DNA of 63,559 nt, counting the filler, from Reticulomyxa filosa (Eukaryota > Protista > Foraminifera): assembly GCA_000512085.1 (NCBI GenBank). It is 20 parts of 20 records of this genome, joined end to end, with 100 filler letters (N's around TTAATTAATTAA, not from the genome) between each part and the next. Parts side by side here need not be neighbours in the genome. Positions count along the whole stretch, not along the records: positions 22,778 to 27,667 come from ASPP01020416.1; positions 27,768 to 35,385 come from ASPP01027636.1; positions 35,486 to 37,408 come from ASPP01011038.1; positions 37,509 to 41,947 come from ASPP01012532.1; 16 more parts are not named here. The stretch is one strand, 5' to 3'. Positions within the stretch are counted from its first letter, which is position 1. Every line of letters starts with the position of its first letter. A program made the position numbers and the translations under genes. The notes below the pieces were generated by a model. That model ran no database searches and was not told where the DNA came from. It saw only the letters and a list, made by a program, of their open reading frames with translations. Positions 26,008 to 40,117 of this stretch are shown piece after piece.

Positions 26008-27799
26008 GATTTTAGTGTCGAAATCATGTGTCTCATGTTTCGGTCACTCGATACAAAATTTACTTGTAGTTTTTTGTTTTGCAAAATGCGTTTTATGAGC
26101 TACTATTGAAAAAACAAAAAATGATTGTTTCTCTTACAATAAGAAAAAAAGCTAGCCACAAATAATACAGTCAAAACTTTAAAATTACTTTTTCTTTATA
26201 TATTCGCACATAATAGGAGGGGAAAAAAAGGGTCACTTTCTTTTTGTTGAGTTGATGAATTATGGTACCTGTTTGGAGCTTGTTATGAAATAAGTAATCA
26301 CACAGTAATAAGATTTTCTTTCGTCATTGTATCATTTTCTAATTGCATAATCTTCTTTTTTTTATTTTCTATTTATTTTTACATTGAGGAGAAGTAACAG
26401 TATCATTGATATAATCACATCTGATATATTTGAATGAAAGCTATTTTGTTTTTTCTGTTTAAAATATCTAAATAATAAAATAAGAAGTGTAATATATTAA
26501 TAATCTATTTGAGTATATATAAGTTTGAATATATATATTTATAAAAAAAAGTTGTCAAAACAAATTGCATGTTGAATATATGCGTTTTGGCTATCACTTA
26601 ACAGGACGCATATATGTAATAGGATAGACTGTCGGACATTGGTCCTATTATTGGACCGCAAGTTATATAAACATATGGTGAATTGTTAAGTATAACGTAT
26701 GACCGGACAAAGTCAGTAAGTGATATTGTCTGAGTTCGAATACTACTGGCAACATTAATTTTTTTTTATTTCAAAAAATAATTATATTTTCGAAATAAAT
26801 TATTTGATAAATAAAAAATTTATAAAAAAAATGTTTCACAAAAGTTAATATTTTAGTTTTGATGCGAATTGATTAAAAAAACTGTAAAAAAACAAACTAA
26901 CAATATTGATAAGTTAGCGCACACGAATACCACAAACTCGATGAATTTGATCATAATCAAAGGTAGAAGTGTTAATCATAGGTAGTATAATGTCATGTGG
27001 ATCATCAATAGACTTTTTACTATGAGACAAATTGGCATGTCCATAAAAAGAAGTACGCAAACGCAAGCCAAATTTTCGAAAGAAGGACACAAGTTTGATG
27101 GAGTTATCATTTGTCTAATTCTTTTTGTTTATTCTAACAATCAATGAATAAATTCAAACATACATTGAATAGGAATGAAATACTGTGCAATTGGGTGAAA
27201 ACAATGCTTTTCGATTAACGAGGTTACAATCAATTTGACGAAAGGAACGGAGTCAAATTGCTGATAAAACCCGTAGGTGCATTGAGGCACGCATTAAAAG
27301 AAAAATACAGAATACATTTACCAGTACGTTGTTTTTCGTTACAAATTCTTAAAATATTTAGTTGCAATGCAAAAAAAATCTTTATTGTTGACAAAACTTG
27401 AAAAAAAATTTAATTCTGTATTTTTGAATGATAAATCTGAATTATTAGATCACAATGCAATTCATTTTAAATCTGAATGTGATGTTGTTTCATTTCGAAA
27501 GTCAACGGAAAAAAAGTGAAACACGTCATTTGTTAATTTTTTTCCGTTATCATTCTGTTTCATCTTTTGTATTTATGATCGTAAACCCTCAATCATATAT
27601 GTTGTAATTCTCTAATTTGTTTGGCTAACATTAATTGAAACATTTAATTAACTGATTTTTCTTTTATNNNNNNNNNNNNNNNNNNNNNNNNNNNNNNNNN
27701 NNNNNNNNNNNTTAATTAATTAANNNNNNNNNNNNNNNNNNNNNNNNNNNNNNNNNNNNNNNNNNNNCAACAATAACAACAACAGCAATAGTGGCAACA

Positions 27800-30700
27800 A
27801 GATGCGTTTGAAAGACTTGTGGTGGCGAACAAGTCTATGAGGAGTGGCAAAATATCAAAGGGAGTGCGGACGAACAATGGAAACTAAATTGTGGTGGAAA
27901 TTGGCGACAAGTTTATGACGATGAACAATCTATGGCGGAGACTGGGCGCTCAATAAAAGCTAATAGTGTACGTGTGCGTATGCGCAACTTTGAATTGTAA
28001 TGAGCGTGACGATGTAAAGAACCTTGAGCTCGCGAACGACATTTAGCATTGGTGAAGATGGAGATATGCAGAAAGACAGTCGCATTTTTTAATTTTATCG
28101 CTGCAAAAGTTACTTGCCTTATGTTTGTCGAATAAGACAATTTTCTTTGTTAGATTGTTCCGGATCAACTATGTGCAGACTGGAGACTTGTTGGTTGCAG
28201 CGCAATACTTTACATTCGTTGCATTTTCTCAGCACTTGAAGAAAAGAAGATCGCCAATCCAAACATTGAACGTATTAGAAATAATCTTGTCAATTCGAAA
28301 AGGCCACAAGAGCGATGATAGCAGATGGACTTCGTAGTTGAAAAAATTCGCCATATGAAGTTGGAATAGTTGGACAAGTTCCAACCAGATCAATTGCAAA
28401 CAACATGGATCTTGGTGCCGTCAGAATATGAAGCGAGCGCGCCAAAAAGAAAAAAAGACTATGACATCGCACATGTGAAAATGATACCGACATTATGATG
28501 TCACAATGGTGGCAGCGACTGGACGTACGAGGAAGTGGAAAGCGAGTGAATAAAAGGACTAGGAAGTTGTTAGCAAAGAATCCACATCGGGATCAAGCAA
28601 ACCACTACGTCGGGAGAACTGTTCGACGTGATAATGGTTTAAGTCAATTGAGGAGTTGTGCGAAACTCACATCAAGACATTACCAAGAAAGAAGAGACAT
28701 AGGAGATTGACGAAAGAAAGAGTATTCCAAGCATATCGCGTTGGACTTGTTTAAAAAAAAAAAATGCATCGATCGGCTTTGCTTAGTTTGGTGATGAAAT
28801 TTCGGTTAATGCCTGGAAACGCGCAAATTCGCCACTCGCGGGCGTGGACTGCATTCTCGTATCGCACATCAATGGAAAGAGACTGAACAAATTCGACAAT
28901 GCCAGCACGAAACATTGGAAAGGACTTATTTGTCATCAACGTAGGTGCACACAAGTCTATGCAGGATAACCCTTGGCACAGAACATCACCAAAGAAGAAG
29001 TCGAACTGCGATCTATATATGCCAACAAGGGAAACTCGTCATTATGGAAATAATGTGAACGCAAAACAAGAATCAAAACTCGTCGTGTGCGTGCGCATAT
29101 TCGCAACGTTATACCAGCACCTGGAGAACAATGAAGTTGCCAATTTGTATTTGTATGAATTGAATGCGAATCCGGCAGTTTGGATCTTTGGCGTACTCAA
29201 AAAAATCGCGCTCGACCATGGTACGCAAAAGAAATGCTGAAAGAAGAGCAACAAGAATACCGTCCAATAGTGAAAAAGAAAAGAACAATATTGCTATCTC
29301 TCATTGGACCACCAATCCAAACATTGTCGAATGAGCGAATGTCAATGATGCGAATGTTTCCAATAACGAGCATTATTCCAATGCCAAAGTGTATATATAT
29401 CTCATCACAAGAGCGACGAGATCGGATAAACTTCGTAGTTGGAAGACATCCATTATATGGTGGCAAATGGAGCATTAGTGCAAGATTCTCACAGACCAAT
29501 CCCAAACAATCTCGACCTTGGTGCCGCTTGGATACGAAAGCAAGCTCGCCAAGAAGAAAGGAAAAAAAAGACACATAGCGAAAACGATATTAACATGGCG
29601 GTGTCGCAACGGCGGCAGTGACTGGACTAACCGAAGAAGTAGAAAGCGAGTTAGAAAAGGGCATAGACGTCGTTAAAAAAAATAATTCACGTGGAGATCG
29701 ATCAAAGCACTATGGTTCTATATGAGATTAATTCAATTCGGTGGAAGAGTTGTGCGAAACTCTCATCAAGACACCGACAATCAAAAAGATTGAGCTGATG
29801 ATGAGGAGGATAAATAGAAAAAGATTGTGTTGAATTTGCTCTTTATCCCTGGAAACACGCAAAGTCGCAACTCCCGAGCGTGGACGAACTTCTCATATCG
29901 CGCCCCAATGGAAAATTCTAAACGAGTGCGGCGATTTCAAGCTGTGGCAATCCGAAGCATTGAAAAGAATGTTTACTATCAACATATTTGCACAAAAGTC
30001 TCTGCGGATTATTGTTGGCGTGGCACATCATCAAATAGTACGTCGGAACTGTAATTTACTGGTGCCGACGAACAAGAAACAATCGATCGTTATGGAAACA
30101 GTGCTAATTTTGAACGCATAGACTGAGCATTTGGTGCAGAAACAGATTGTGTGTACGTACGTACATTCGCAACTTTTGGATTTTAATTCGTGATTATGCT
30201 AATGGGATTAATTGTGAAGAAGAAGAAGAAGAAGAAGAAGAACGGCGAATACGTCCAATAATGAAAAATGGTACCCTCACTCATCGGGTTGACAATCCAA
30301 AAATTGTCGAATGGAGTCATTGTGTGATGGATGCAAGAATTTCCAATAACGACCATTATTCAAGGCCAAAGTTTTGTCCCTCATCGCAATGGCAACGAGA
30401 GTTGATGAATTGGTATTTAGAAAACATCGATTATATGATGCCATTGGAACCGTTGTAAAAAGTTTTTCCAGTTCAATCGCGGGCGATCTGGATCTTGGTG
30501 CTGTCCAACTACGAAAGCAAGCGTGCCAAGAGGGGGGGGAAAAAAAAAGATATAATAATATCGTACAAAATAGACGATATTGACATTGCAGTATCCCAAC
30601 GATAGCAGCGACTGGCTTGGCCGAAGAAATGGAACACAATGAAGAAGACGGCGTTGTATGAAATAATAATTATACAATGGCGGTCGAGTGGGCCACTATC

Positions 30701-32520
30701 ACATTGAACTATTCTCCCGATAGTGTTGCTCAATTTGGTGGATAAGTTTTGCGAAACTCAAGCTGGTATCCACCTGCAAACAAGAAGATGATTGGAGGAG
30801 GGGGAGGAGATGATGAAGAAAAAAGAACATTCCAAGGATACTGCATTGAATTTGTTTTAAAAAGAAAAAAAGACCACCTATCGACTTTACTTTCGTTATG
30901 GAATGACTCTTCATACTCGCGAGTGCGCGACTTTGCGCAATCTAAAACATGGACAGTGCGCCCCCCCTACTCCCCAATGGAACCTTCTTGACGGGCGCGA
31001 CAACGTCAAGCGCTGTGCCAATGACGCTCATGGCAACGACGACGAAACGCAGTCCATATTCTATTTTACTCATTTGCCAATTCCAACACATTGGACTGGT
31101 GTTGTGTGTGCCAATATTTGGGTGCCACTGCTATAGTCCACATATTTGATTTGATGTGCGCAGAAGAACAAATGTTATTGCACATTTGTTACAAGAAGCA
31201 ACAACGTCGTGCAGTCAACAAATTGGATCGACGATTCAAAGGCCAATCCATTATTTGGTGCATCAAAAAAAAAAAAGATTGGATATTGGCAATGTATTTA
31301 TGGCGCTGAGCCCTGCTGAGTGAATACGTAGACAATATTTTATATCAACAGTCGAGCCCCCCCCCCCCCCTCCTAAAAACGTCGTCGCTGTGGTTACTAA
31401 AAATCGGATCACTCGGGTTCGAAGAGTGAAATGGTCTGATATTGACAAGACCGCTACTCAAAAAAATGTTAGCTCTAGGGGAAGAGTCTTTCAATTATAC
31501 TAATTTCCCCTCCAAGTCCGTCAGTCGTCCAAAATAACGGAGTACTTGATGAAGATAGTGTCATTGAAATCGAGTGCGCATTCACAAGAGCTCAAGTGGT
31601 TGGTGTTATTCGGTTGATCACTTATGCGCATGCCATCCTTCCTGTTATCTGACGCTATAAATCGTGCTTGGGTCCATTGCTTGAAAATGTTTTTTATATG
31701 TCCATTTTTTTTTTTTGATATACATATTCAATAACTAATAACAACACAACATCTTTATACGTATATTGATTATTTATTTGTATGTATGTGGCGTGTGTTG
31801 CTTCAAATTTTTGAATAGATATTCAAAAGTGTAATAACGAAGCTTTGGAATGCGTATGGATACATTTTTGCTGTTTGTATTGTCATTAGTGCTGCGGCGA
31901 GTTCCCAGTAATGATGACAACAGTGGCAACAACGGCAGTATCGATTATTATGAAAGTAAAAGTGGCAATATCATAATCGAATTGTTGCTGATTGAAGCTC
32001 AACATGTTGAATCATGGAAGCCACACATACGCGCCTGCCATTTCTTCATAAATTTATTTGTTCATCATTGAACAAGTGTCTATCAGTGACGGCGTGCATC
32101 AAATATGGTCATGATTTGCATTTGAATGACGTATATTTGGAAAAAAAATTGAAGGTCCATATCGTATAATGTGGTTCATGATGGATTGAAAGAAAATTGA
32201 ACAATTGGAAACGGTGAGCTAGTTATTATTGTGATTATGTGTGCAGCCTATATTCCAAGTTATAATGTTTTCTTATAATGTGATTGAAACATGTATGATC
32301 AATACGTATATAACATAGGTCTTCAAAGAATACAATACCTGTCTATCGAGAAATTGGAAATGGCTGTGGTGGTTGCGGTGCCGCAAGCAAGTGCGAATTG
32401 AAGTGCAAACGACGCCAAAATTTGGGATATTTGATTGCAAGTATTTGACTTGCTCAAATTTTTTAATTGAAAAATTTTTGTGTGAATTGATTTTTTAATT
32501 ATTTGAATGTTCTTCCTCCA
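27800..32520 (+). pseudogene. Decayed large gene made of three ~1.0-1.1 kb tandem units plus a non-repeated 3' region
   Basis: Anchor ga(t/c)cttggtgc at ~28408, ~29514, ~30491; anchor gcaac(t/g)tt at ~27984, ~29103, ~30169; 30500-32520 matches contig 1. Confidence 0.7.
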
Positions 32521-32699
32521 GCTCACCTGATATCCTTCATCAAATTATATTCATCAAAAAATTTACTATTCTACAAAAAAAACTCAAATATTATTTTTTT
32601 ACTTTCATGATTGGTGCGTTCTATGAGAAGGTAGTGCATGTTTGGAAACACTCGCGGGCGTGAAGAGCTAGTGCGTAATTATACTCAACAAATATGCAT

Positions 32700-33530
32700 A
32701 CTAGTTTGTTTTTTTTAAACAGATTCAATGTGAGGTATCTTTCTTCTCTCTTCCTCATATTTATATTCTTGCTTGCCAATGTTATGGAGTTTCGCACAAC
32801 TCCTCCACCAAGTTGAACCATTATCCATAGAATGTTCTACCAATAAGTGGTTCTCTCGATCGCCGTGTTCCTGATAACTTCCACTATGTCTTTTTCATCA
32901 ACTTCCACTCATTCTATGTCGCCATTGCGACACCACAATGTTTGTATTTTTTCTACTTTGCGTATCTCCACATCTTTCTTTTTTTTTCTTGATGAGCTTT
33001 CTTCGTCGTCTAGCTGCATCAGATCCAACTTTCCGGGATTGAACTGGTAAAATCTTGCTAACTATTCCACGATAGCGGATGGACTTCGTACTGTAAAAAA
33101 AATTGTCTCACTTGTGATGAGATATACATTGAGTAAGAATTTCCAGTACACAAATGCTTGGATTAACTATTTAATGATTTAGTACTATCTTTTTACATTT
33201 TTTTCATTCTTGGACATATTCATTGCGGACGATTTCTCCAATCAGTATGCACTGACTAAAATTCAAAGTTGCGAATGTGCGTATGCATACGGCCAGTTTT
33301 GGCACGAGTCCGCAATATCTTTATTTCGATTGTTGTTATGAGTTACTAAAGTTATCACCATTTTCATAACGACCGAATTTCACTTGTTCCTTGCGCATAT
33401 AGCTCACAGTTCGACGTTCTTTTGGCGCTTTGCCACGCCAACAATTATCCGCTGATACTTGTACGCACATACATTGATTTTGAACAAGTTATTTCCAATT
33501 TTCCGCGTTACCACACTCGTTTATTGATTG
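32700..33530 (-). pseudogene. Inverted fourth copy of the ~1.05 kb unit
   Basis: ttcgcacaactcctc (32791) is the reverse complement of gaggagttgtgcgaa (28650); the minus strand reads RKIGNNLFKINVCAYK vs RNIGKDLFVINVGAHK at ~28908. Confidence 0.75.
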
Positions 33531-34030
33531 GCACACTAGATTAAGTATTGCATGTATGTAAACCCCAAAGTCTCCACTCGCTATCTTATTAAAAAGGATT
33601 CTGAAAAATAAAGCACAAAAAAGTTAGCATGATTCAATTTGGGGTGAAGTTGAAAAGTTCCTCTTTTTTGGAATTATCGTCAATGAGAAAAATATCTGAG
33701 AAAAAAGAAGAAAAACCACATGTAAATGTACATACTATCAACCAGATGATATTTGGCATGTAAATCTTCAGCACCTAAAAAAAAAGGGACTAGTTACCAT
33801 TGCAACAAAAACATTTAGACAAAGTGATAATTTCTGAACATTCCAGGGGTGGGGATCGGATTGACAAGTATAATTTTTTTTTTTGCGTAGATGATGAAAA
33901 AGTGGTCACTAATGAGAGAAACAACGTATACAATAACATGTCAAAAACACATCTTTTTTTTTGAATGATATCTTTTTGATAAGAGATCAGAGCTTCAGAA
34001 AAAAAAGGACTTTCCCAAGAATCTCCAACA

Positions 34031-34168
34031 ATGGAAAGAAGTAAGCTTGATGAACGTCGACAAAGTTTACAATTGTTTTTGACGTCAAGATTTTCCAAAG
34101 CAGAGTTAATGAAAAAAGGGATCCTTGAAAAGAAAAACATGACACCACAATTGCAACAGAAAAATTGA
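34031..34168 (+). pseudogene. RPEL-like (G-actin-binding) motif remnant
   Basis: ERRQSLQLFLTSRFSKAELMKKGILEK fits L..L..RP...EL...GIL with P replaced by F; flanking frames broken. Confidence 0.45.
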
Positions 34169-34567
34169 TGACAATGATAACAGATCTGAGAATTTTGTAC
34201 AGCTGAACGAACAGAATGAAGACGATATTGTGACAAAAAGACACCATGAACCGACCCTTTTACATATCTGTTTAAATGAATTTGTAAACAAAGTTGCATT
34301 GGACCAAATCGCAAAAAGCTATTCTCTAGTTTTTAAAAAATTATTTATAGCATGATAACCTAATTTGAAAAGAACGTTGCATAACACGACAAAAATATTC
34401 AACTGCATTAAATTAACATAAAAAAACAACCAGTGATTTTTCCTTCGTCAAATATAGTCTTAAATTATAGAACTGTTTGAAGGAAATAGTTAGAAATGTG
34501 TGATGTTATATCAGGTAATAATGTAAAGCAGTCAATTGTGAGATTTATATGTTATACAAAGATATTT

Positions 34568-35385
34568 TTACCATAAAAAATCGAATACGATAATATTAAA
34601 GTCATTGATCCACCCAATCTTTTTAACATATGACGTTCGTAGCCATTGTTGAATAACCATTTCAACACAATCTAATCTCTATTATTTTATTTTTTTGTTG
34701 GATTGTATTATTTTTTTTAGTATATCAAAAGAAAAGTCTACCATTTGAATAATATCATTGACTTTTATTTTCAAATGCTGTCTTAAGATAATGTTTCCCG
34801 AAATTCCACCAATGATATGAATCTCTGTATTGTCTGCATTGAGAAAAGCACAAGTTTTGAAATAAAATCCAGGTAGCATATGTGGACATAGTTTCCATCG
34901 TTTTGTTTTGATGCAATAAACTTTTACGCTGCTGCTGTGTGTGCCATTGCAACATCCTCCAAATAAATGACAAAGCCATCGATGCAAACAAATGAATAAT
35001 CAAATACATGTTCCAATTCACGATCAATTTTAAATTTTGTGCTCTCCCATGTGTTATTGTATTCATCAAATTTAACAACCACCTGGGAATTATAATTAAA
35101 TAATCTCAATTCATTTTTGTTGTCATTGTTCATATTAAATATGCAATGGTTACCAACAAATAGATAAAATGGCAGTGTATGTTTGGCAAGCATATGTAAT
35201 GACTTTGAATCCAAAACCATGATTTGATTGGGCGGATATGTAACAAAGAGCAAATGGTTGTTACTTCCACCTATCAATGTGGCCACATTACTCATATCAT
35301 TTTCTGCATCTCCAATTGATTGTGGTGCCTCCACCCATTTATTAATATTTGGATCTCTTTGTTCGGGTATGTCCTCCCAAACACT
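34568..35385 (-). CDS. Kelch-repeat family protein, C-terminal part; frameshift near 34965 (pseudogene or read error)
   Basis: LIGGSNNHLLFVTY, LFGGC, IHIIGG and the C-terminal IQQWLRTSYVKKIGWINDF motif. Confidence 0.75.
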
Positions 35386-35485
35386 NNNNNNNNNNNNNNN
35401 NNNNNNNNNNNNNNNNNNNNNNNNNNNNNTTAATTAATTAANNNNNNNNNNNNNNNNNNNNNNNNNNNNNNNNNNNNNNNNNNNN

Positions 35486-35519
<34 letters not shown>

Positions 35520-35594
35520 TAACTTTATCTCTTTGAAATAATTTCAATTTTTTTTTTTTTTTTAAAAAAAACAACAAACAAACTCATAATTAAC

Positions 35595-36276
35595 AGATAG
35601 TCCAATTTCAAATTGGCCAATGTCATCTTCAACGCTTTCACGACGTCATCGGGGTGATGGTAAGTATTCCACAATTTGCTTGTCACAAACAAGTCCGAAC
35701 GCCGAATACTCGTTCCGATTTTTTTTTAAACACCTCCCCAATTTCTTTCTCATTTTCATATACCATTGCACAGTCGATGTGCAAATACCCGACGTCCAAT
35801 GCCCACTCCACCGCTGCACCAACTTCTCCTTTTGCTGCTTTCCATGTCTTTTTATCGTCCGTTGCCATTTATATTTGTTGTATTTTTTTTTGTTGTTGTG
35901 TACGTGTGTCCATACAATCAATTTTTTTTTTTTTGCATGAAAAAAACTTCTATCCCTCTCCTTCCCTTTTTTCGTTAAAAATTATACACACATGTACATA
36001 CATATTTAGAGCTGACCCCTTAACTCCAAGTCCAACCACTGGAAATTTAGAAACATTCTCTCCCTTGCTGTGTGTAGTTTTCAGCGTAATAAATGCTTGC
36101 TTCTCTGCACCTGACGCTTTCTCCTTTTCGCAAGTTTTGCACTCGGAACGACCATTTTTCTGCTCCACCAGGCCGATGAGGGCATCCACTTCCTCCAGAC
36201 TATTACCTTTACACCAAGACATGCAAATGATACAACTGATGATATAAATAGATTTTGAAGTTTTTTCTTGAGCCAC
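35595..36276 (-). CDS. Aldo-keto reductase (AKR1-like), 3' partial; homopolymer frameshift near 35720
   Basis: [63 protein letters not shown], with catalytic D, Y and K. Confidence 0.9.
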
Positions 36277-37029
36277 AGCAAGTTACTTTTTCAGTAGGAC
36301 TTTTCAGTTTGTTTTGCTCTTTAAATAAAAAATGTAACAGTGAATTCTTTTTTTAAATTTGTCTTCCAAGAACAAATAGAGTTAGCTAACAATAACAAAA
36401 ACAAATAAAAAATTTAACACACCCAATACAATCATTCTATGCAATTAGTTTTAAAAGTTTGTTATTGTGTTGATTGTGGAACTTTTCATTAAACGTAAAA
36501 ATATTGGAAAGTTTATTTTTTATTAAGGCAAAAAAGAAGTTTGAGTGATCAATTATAACTTATGATGTACTCTTGAATGATAACAGCTGTTGTTTAGCTT
36601 TTTGTCTTTTTTTTTTGGTTGCCTTATGTATACGGTTGTATTTTTGATATTGTGTTATCCATTGTGTTTGAAAGATTTTTTTTAATGAAGTAAATTAAGT
36701 TGTAATTTTTGTTTAGTCTTCTTGTCCAAGCGAAAAGTCCGATGCGCAAAGTGCAAGAGTTTTATTAGAAGCAGGGGAAAGAAGAAGATTTTTTTCAAAT
36801 GTGCTGCAAATAACAAGAATAGAAAAAAAGATAAAAGATGGATTATAATCAAAAGTATTAAAGAAAAAACAAAAAAATAAGCATGGAAAACAGCGTTCGT
36901 AATTATTCAGGAGAAGGGGGAGTGGAAGGGGAGAGAGGAGAGGGGGGAAAAGGGGAAATACACAAGTCACACTAAAAAGTGAATGTGACAAAGTGGCACA
37001 AAGTTCACAAATAAAAAGTTCCGAAAAAA

Positions 37030-37390
37030 AAAAAAGACTTATAAACGCGGCACGTTACGGAGCGGTTCACGAGGTGAAGTTATTGTTAAAGAAAGGAGCG
37101 AACATCGAATATGAAGACAAGAAGGATCCGTTCCACGCGACGTGTTTGAGCGAGGCATGCCGTCGTGGGAAGAGATCATTGGTGGAGTTGTTATTGAACC
37201 ACAACGCCAATCCAAACCACACGTTGCTGCACGGCATCAGTCCATTGCATTTGTGTTGCGAGCGTGGCTACACCGAATGCGTCAGGTTGTTGCTCCAGCA
37301 CAATGCCTTTGTCAACATTCCAGAAATGTTTAATTTGGATATGCCTTTGCACGTTGCTGCGCAAAGCAATTCGGCTGAAATTTGCCAAGT
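37030..37390 (+). CDS. Ankyrin-repeat protein (partial)
   Basis: About four repeats: LINAARYG, CLSEACRRG, SPLHLCCERG, MPLHVAAQSN. Confidence 0.9.
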
Positions 37391-37508
37391 TTCCAAAAAA
37401 AAAAAAAANNNNNNNNNNNNNNNNNNNNNNNNNNNNNNNNNNNNNNNNNNNNTTAATTAATTAANNNNNNNNNNNNNNNNNNNNNNNNNNNNNNNNNNNN
37501 NNNNNNNN

Positions 37509-38610
37509 AAAAAGTTCGACGAATGTCTTTTTGCAAGTTTCGAAATGTCTCCATAAGGTCGTCGACTTCGTCCATTTCGCCAGACTCCACAAATCGCCAT
37601 TGAATCAGTTTTTTCTTCACAAAGAGCCACATACACATTGTGTGTGTGTGTTTGGTGTTGGCATCCCTGCCAACTGCCTACGTATATACCAACACAAAAA
37701 CTGTCTTACCACATAAAAACTATGAAAGTCGTCGGTGGAGCCCGACACCAGCCATGGCCACACTGCGGGTCGATCCGAGAAACCTCGACTCGCACACTTG
37801 CGAAGATATTTTCTGATGTATGACAAAAAAAAAAAAAAAATGACAAATCAATTGAAAGAATACATATTATATATATATATATAATATGTATTCTTTCAAT
37901 TGGTTTTGAACACCAGACACCTGTTATATAAAACTTGATTTGCCAAAGTAAAGTATTTGTCATCGATGGTTTGAATCAACAACAGCGATTCAACAGGAAG
38001 AAACGACAAAATTTGCATGACCAAAGCTGGTGTTAGCAAGTTGTTTACCTTGCTTTTGTTGTTTCAGGTTTATTCGCTTATTCAAAAAAACAACAACATA
38101 TAAGATATGTGACACCATGACACTAATGTTGTGTGTGATCACCACCACACACCATTGTGCAAGGGGCACTTTGATCACCGCAGCTGCTGTGGCCTCCACT
38201 TGTGGATGTAACAACAACTTCAAGTAGTCCTCACATGGCGCCCCTATTTCTGCATACGTTGGTCTATTCAAATTGCTCGATGGACTAATCGGCAGTGAAT
38301 ATTCCAAACTGCCGTTCAAGTCAATACTCGGCTTACGCGATGGAGGCTTCGACATATATGGGATTTTGCTTATTAACACCCATAACGATGCCAATTCTGT
38401 ATTGTTCGCTTCGCTCTCAAATGCATTTTCTGCGATGATTGCTGGGTTATTCTCTTCCTCTCCTTCCTTTTGTTGGCTGTCCTCCTTTTCTTCTTGTGAA
38501 AGGAAATGGTACAATGCAGCTGTTGCAACTGTCGCAACCCCAAAAATTGTCCATATACGCTTGGAGGAGTCTGTTTGAGCAGGCTGAGTAGGTTGAACAG
38601 GTTTGGACAT
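37509..38610 (-). CDS. Rab-GAP TBC-domain protein with an N-terminal membrane anchor (multi-exon, 3' partial)
   Basis: RGFSDRPAVWPWL and LQKDIRRTF (TBC arginine-finger motif); hydrophobic IWTIFGVATVATAALYHFL. Confidence 0.7.
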
Positions 38611-39159
38611 GGTCAGCAATCAATCACTAACTAATTTAATAAAAAAAAAAATGCTCAAAATGAATGTTGGGGACTTTTTTTTTTTTGTCTTTTCAAAAGT
38701 TGTGTCGCGCTCAAAAACAAATGCAACACAATGTCTGCACAAAAAAGAGGAACAAAGATGCAACGAGTATTCAAAATGGCCTTATCTCAGGCAAAAGTTT
38801 TTTTTTTTCCTCACCCGATGTTAAATAAAAAAAAAGCATAAAAATAAAAAAACTGGATCAAAACAATAACCAAAAAAAGCACATTTAACAGAGCTTCCAA
38901 AAGCACAAAAAGATCCCTGCCATCAAATGGACACTCCACTTTTGCTTGTCATGTTTATCGTAGGTTAAAAACTGGTCATGAAATAGAGGCTCCTGTGATT
39001 GTTGTCATCAAAGGGGTTATTATCAGAGAGGATCTGGTTTGATGGAAGAATTAAAACAAAACAACTTGTTAACTTTTAAAGAAACGAGTTCTTTTTGAAA
39101 TAGTAGATCGTGTTCCGCTAATAGTTTTAATTTTTCGATGACAATTTCTCTCCATTGCA

Positions 39160-40083
39160 TCAAAGCTTTCTTGCTTTCATTGTATTTGGCCTGTGATTAT
39201 TCAGTGTGTAGTGTAATATTGGAAGCAAGAGTAAAAGCGTACAAAAATTGGATGAAATATGGCAACAAAATAGAAAAAGTGCAAGAATAACATGAGTGGA
39301 CTCGACAGATAGAGTCATGATCAACAAGCACAATGTGACATAAGCGATATTGTCCAAAGCCCGAAAGTGTTGAGACTTGGATTTGGGCATTTTGTCAATT
39401 TTGTAAAGCCATGGATTGTCCTGAGTGCACTTTGAGCTAACCTTTTCAGATAGCAATTCGTCGACCATAGTGACAAACTCTTTTAAATTCAAATGGATCG
39501 CGTCAAACAAACAAAGCCAGCTATGAATCATGTCTGCGTTTGTATGGTCGTGTTTATAGGCATGTTTGCCCAATTCATCTCTTTTGTTCGGAGTGGCTGT
39601 AGCAGATACAAAAAAAAAAAGGATTACTTTTAAAAAGTGGTTAAACATATATATAAATATATATATATTTATATATTTTATCGTATTAATTAAAAAAATG
39701 AAATATATACATATATATGTATATGACCTTTGCAAATGGAATAGCGATTGGAACGGACAAGACCACAGTGTCCACTAAACAGCGGAGCAATGGTGGTCGC
39801 CGTGTGTGTGCCCATGCACAAAGTTTTGTAGCGCGTGAAGGGATAGTCGACTTTGCATTCGTTTGACTTTTCGATCAGTTGTGGCAGCAAGCGAATAATC
39901 ACAGGCACATAACGCTCATTAAATTCCCTGACAATTCGATCCATTTTCGTGTGTGTCTTTTCGCTCAAGTGATGTTTTTGTCGCTGTCCAATGCGATGTA
40001 ATCGCACAACGTGCGTGTACACGCTGACACATGACCCCCATGCGTTCAGTACATTTGAGGCTTTCGAGGGTATTGGCTTTGAA

Positions 40084-40117
<34 letters not shown>

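Noticed and set aside
26900-27350. Possible caspase-like relic (HKFDGVIICL)
   Set aside because: Too short and no His-Gly motif follows
27800-33530. Alternative genetic code as the explanation for frequent in-frame stops
   Set aside because: Stops come with frameshifts and differ between copies, and intact genes in the window read through with the standard code
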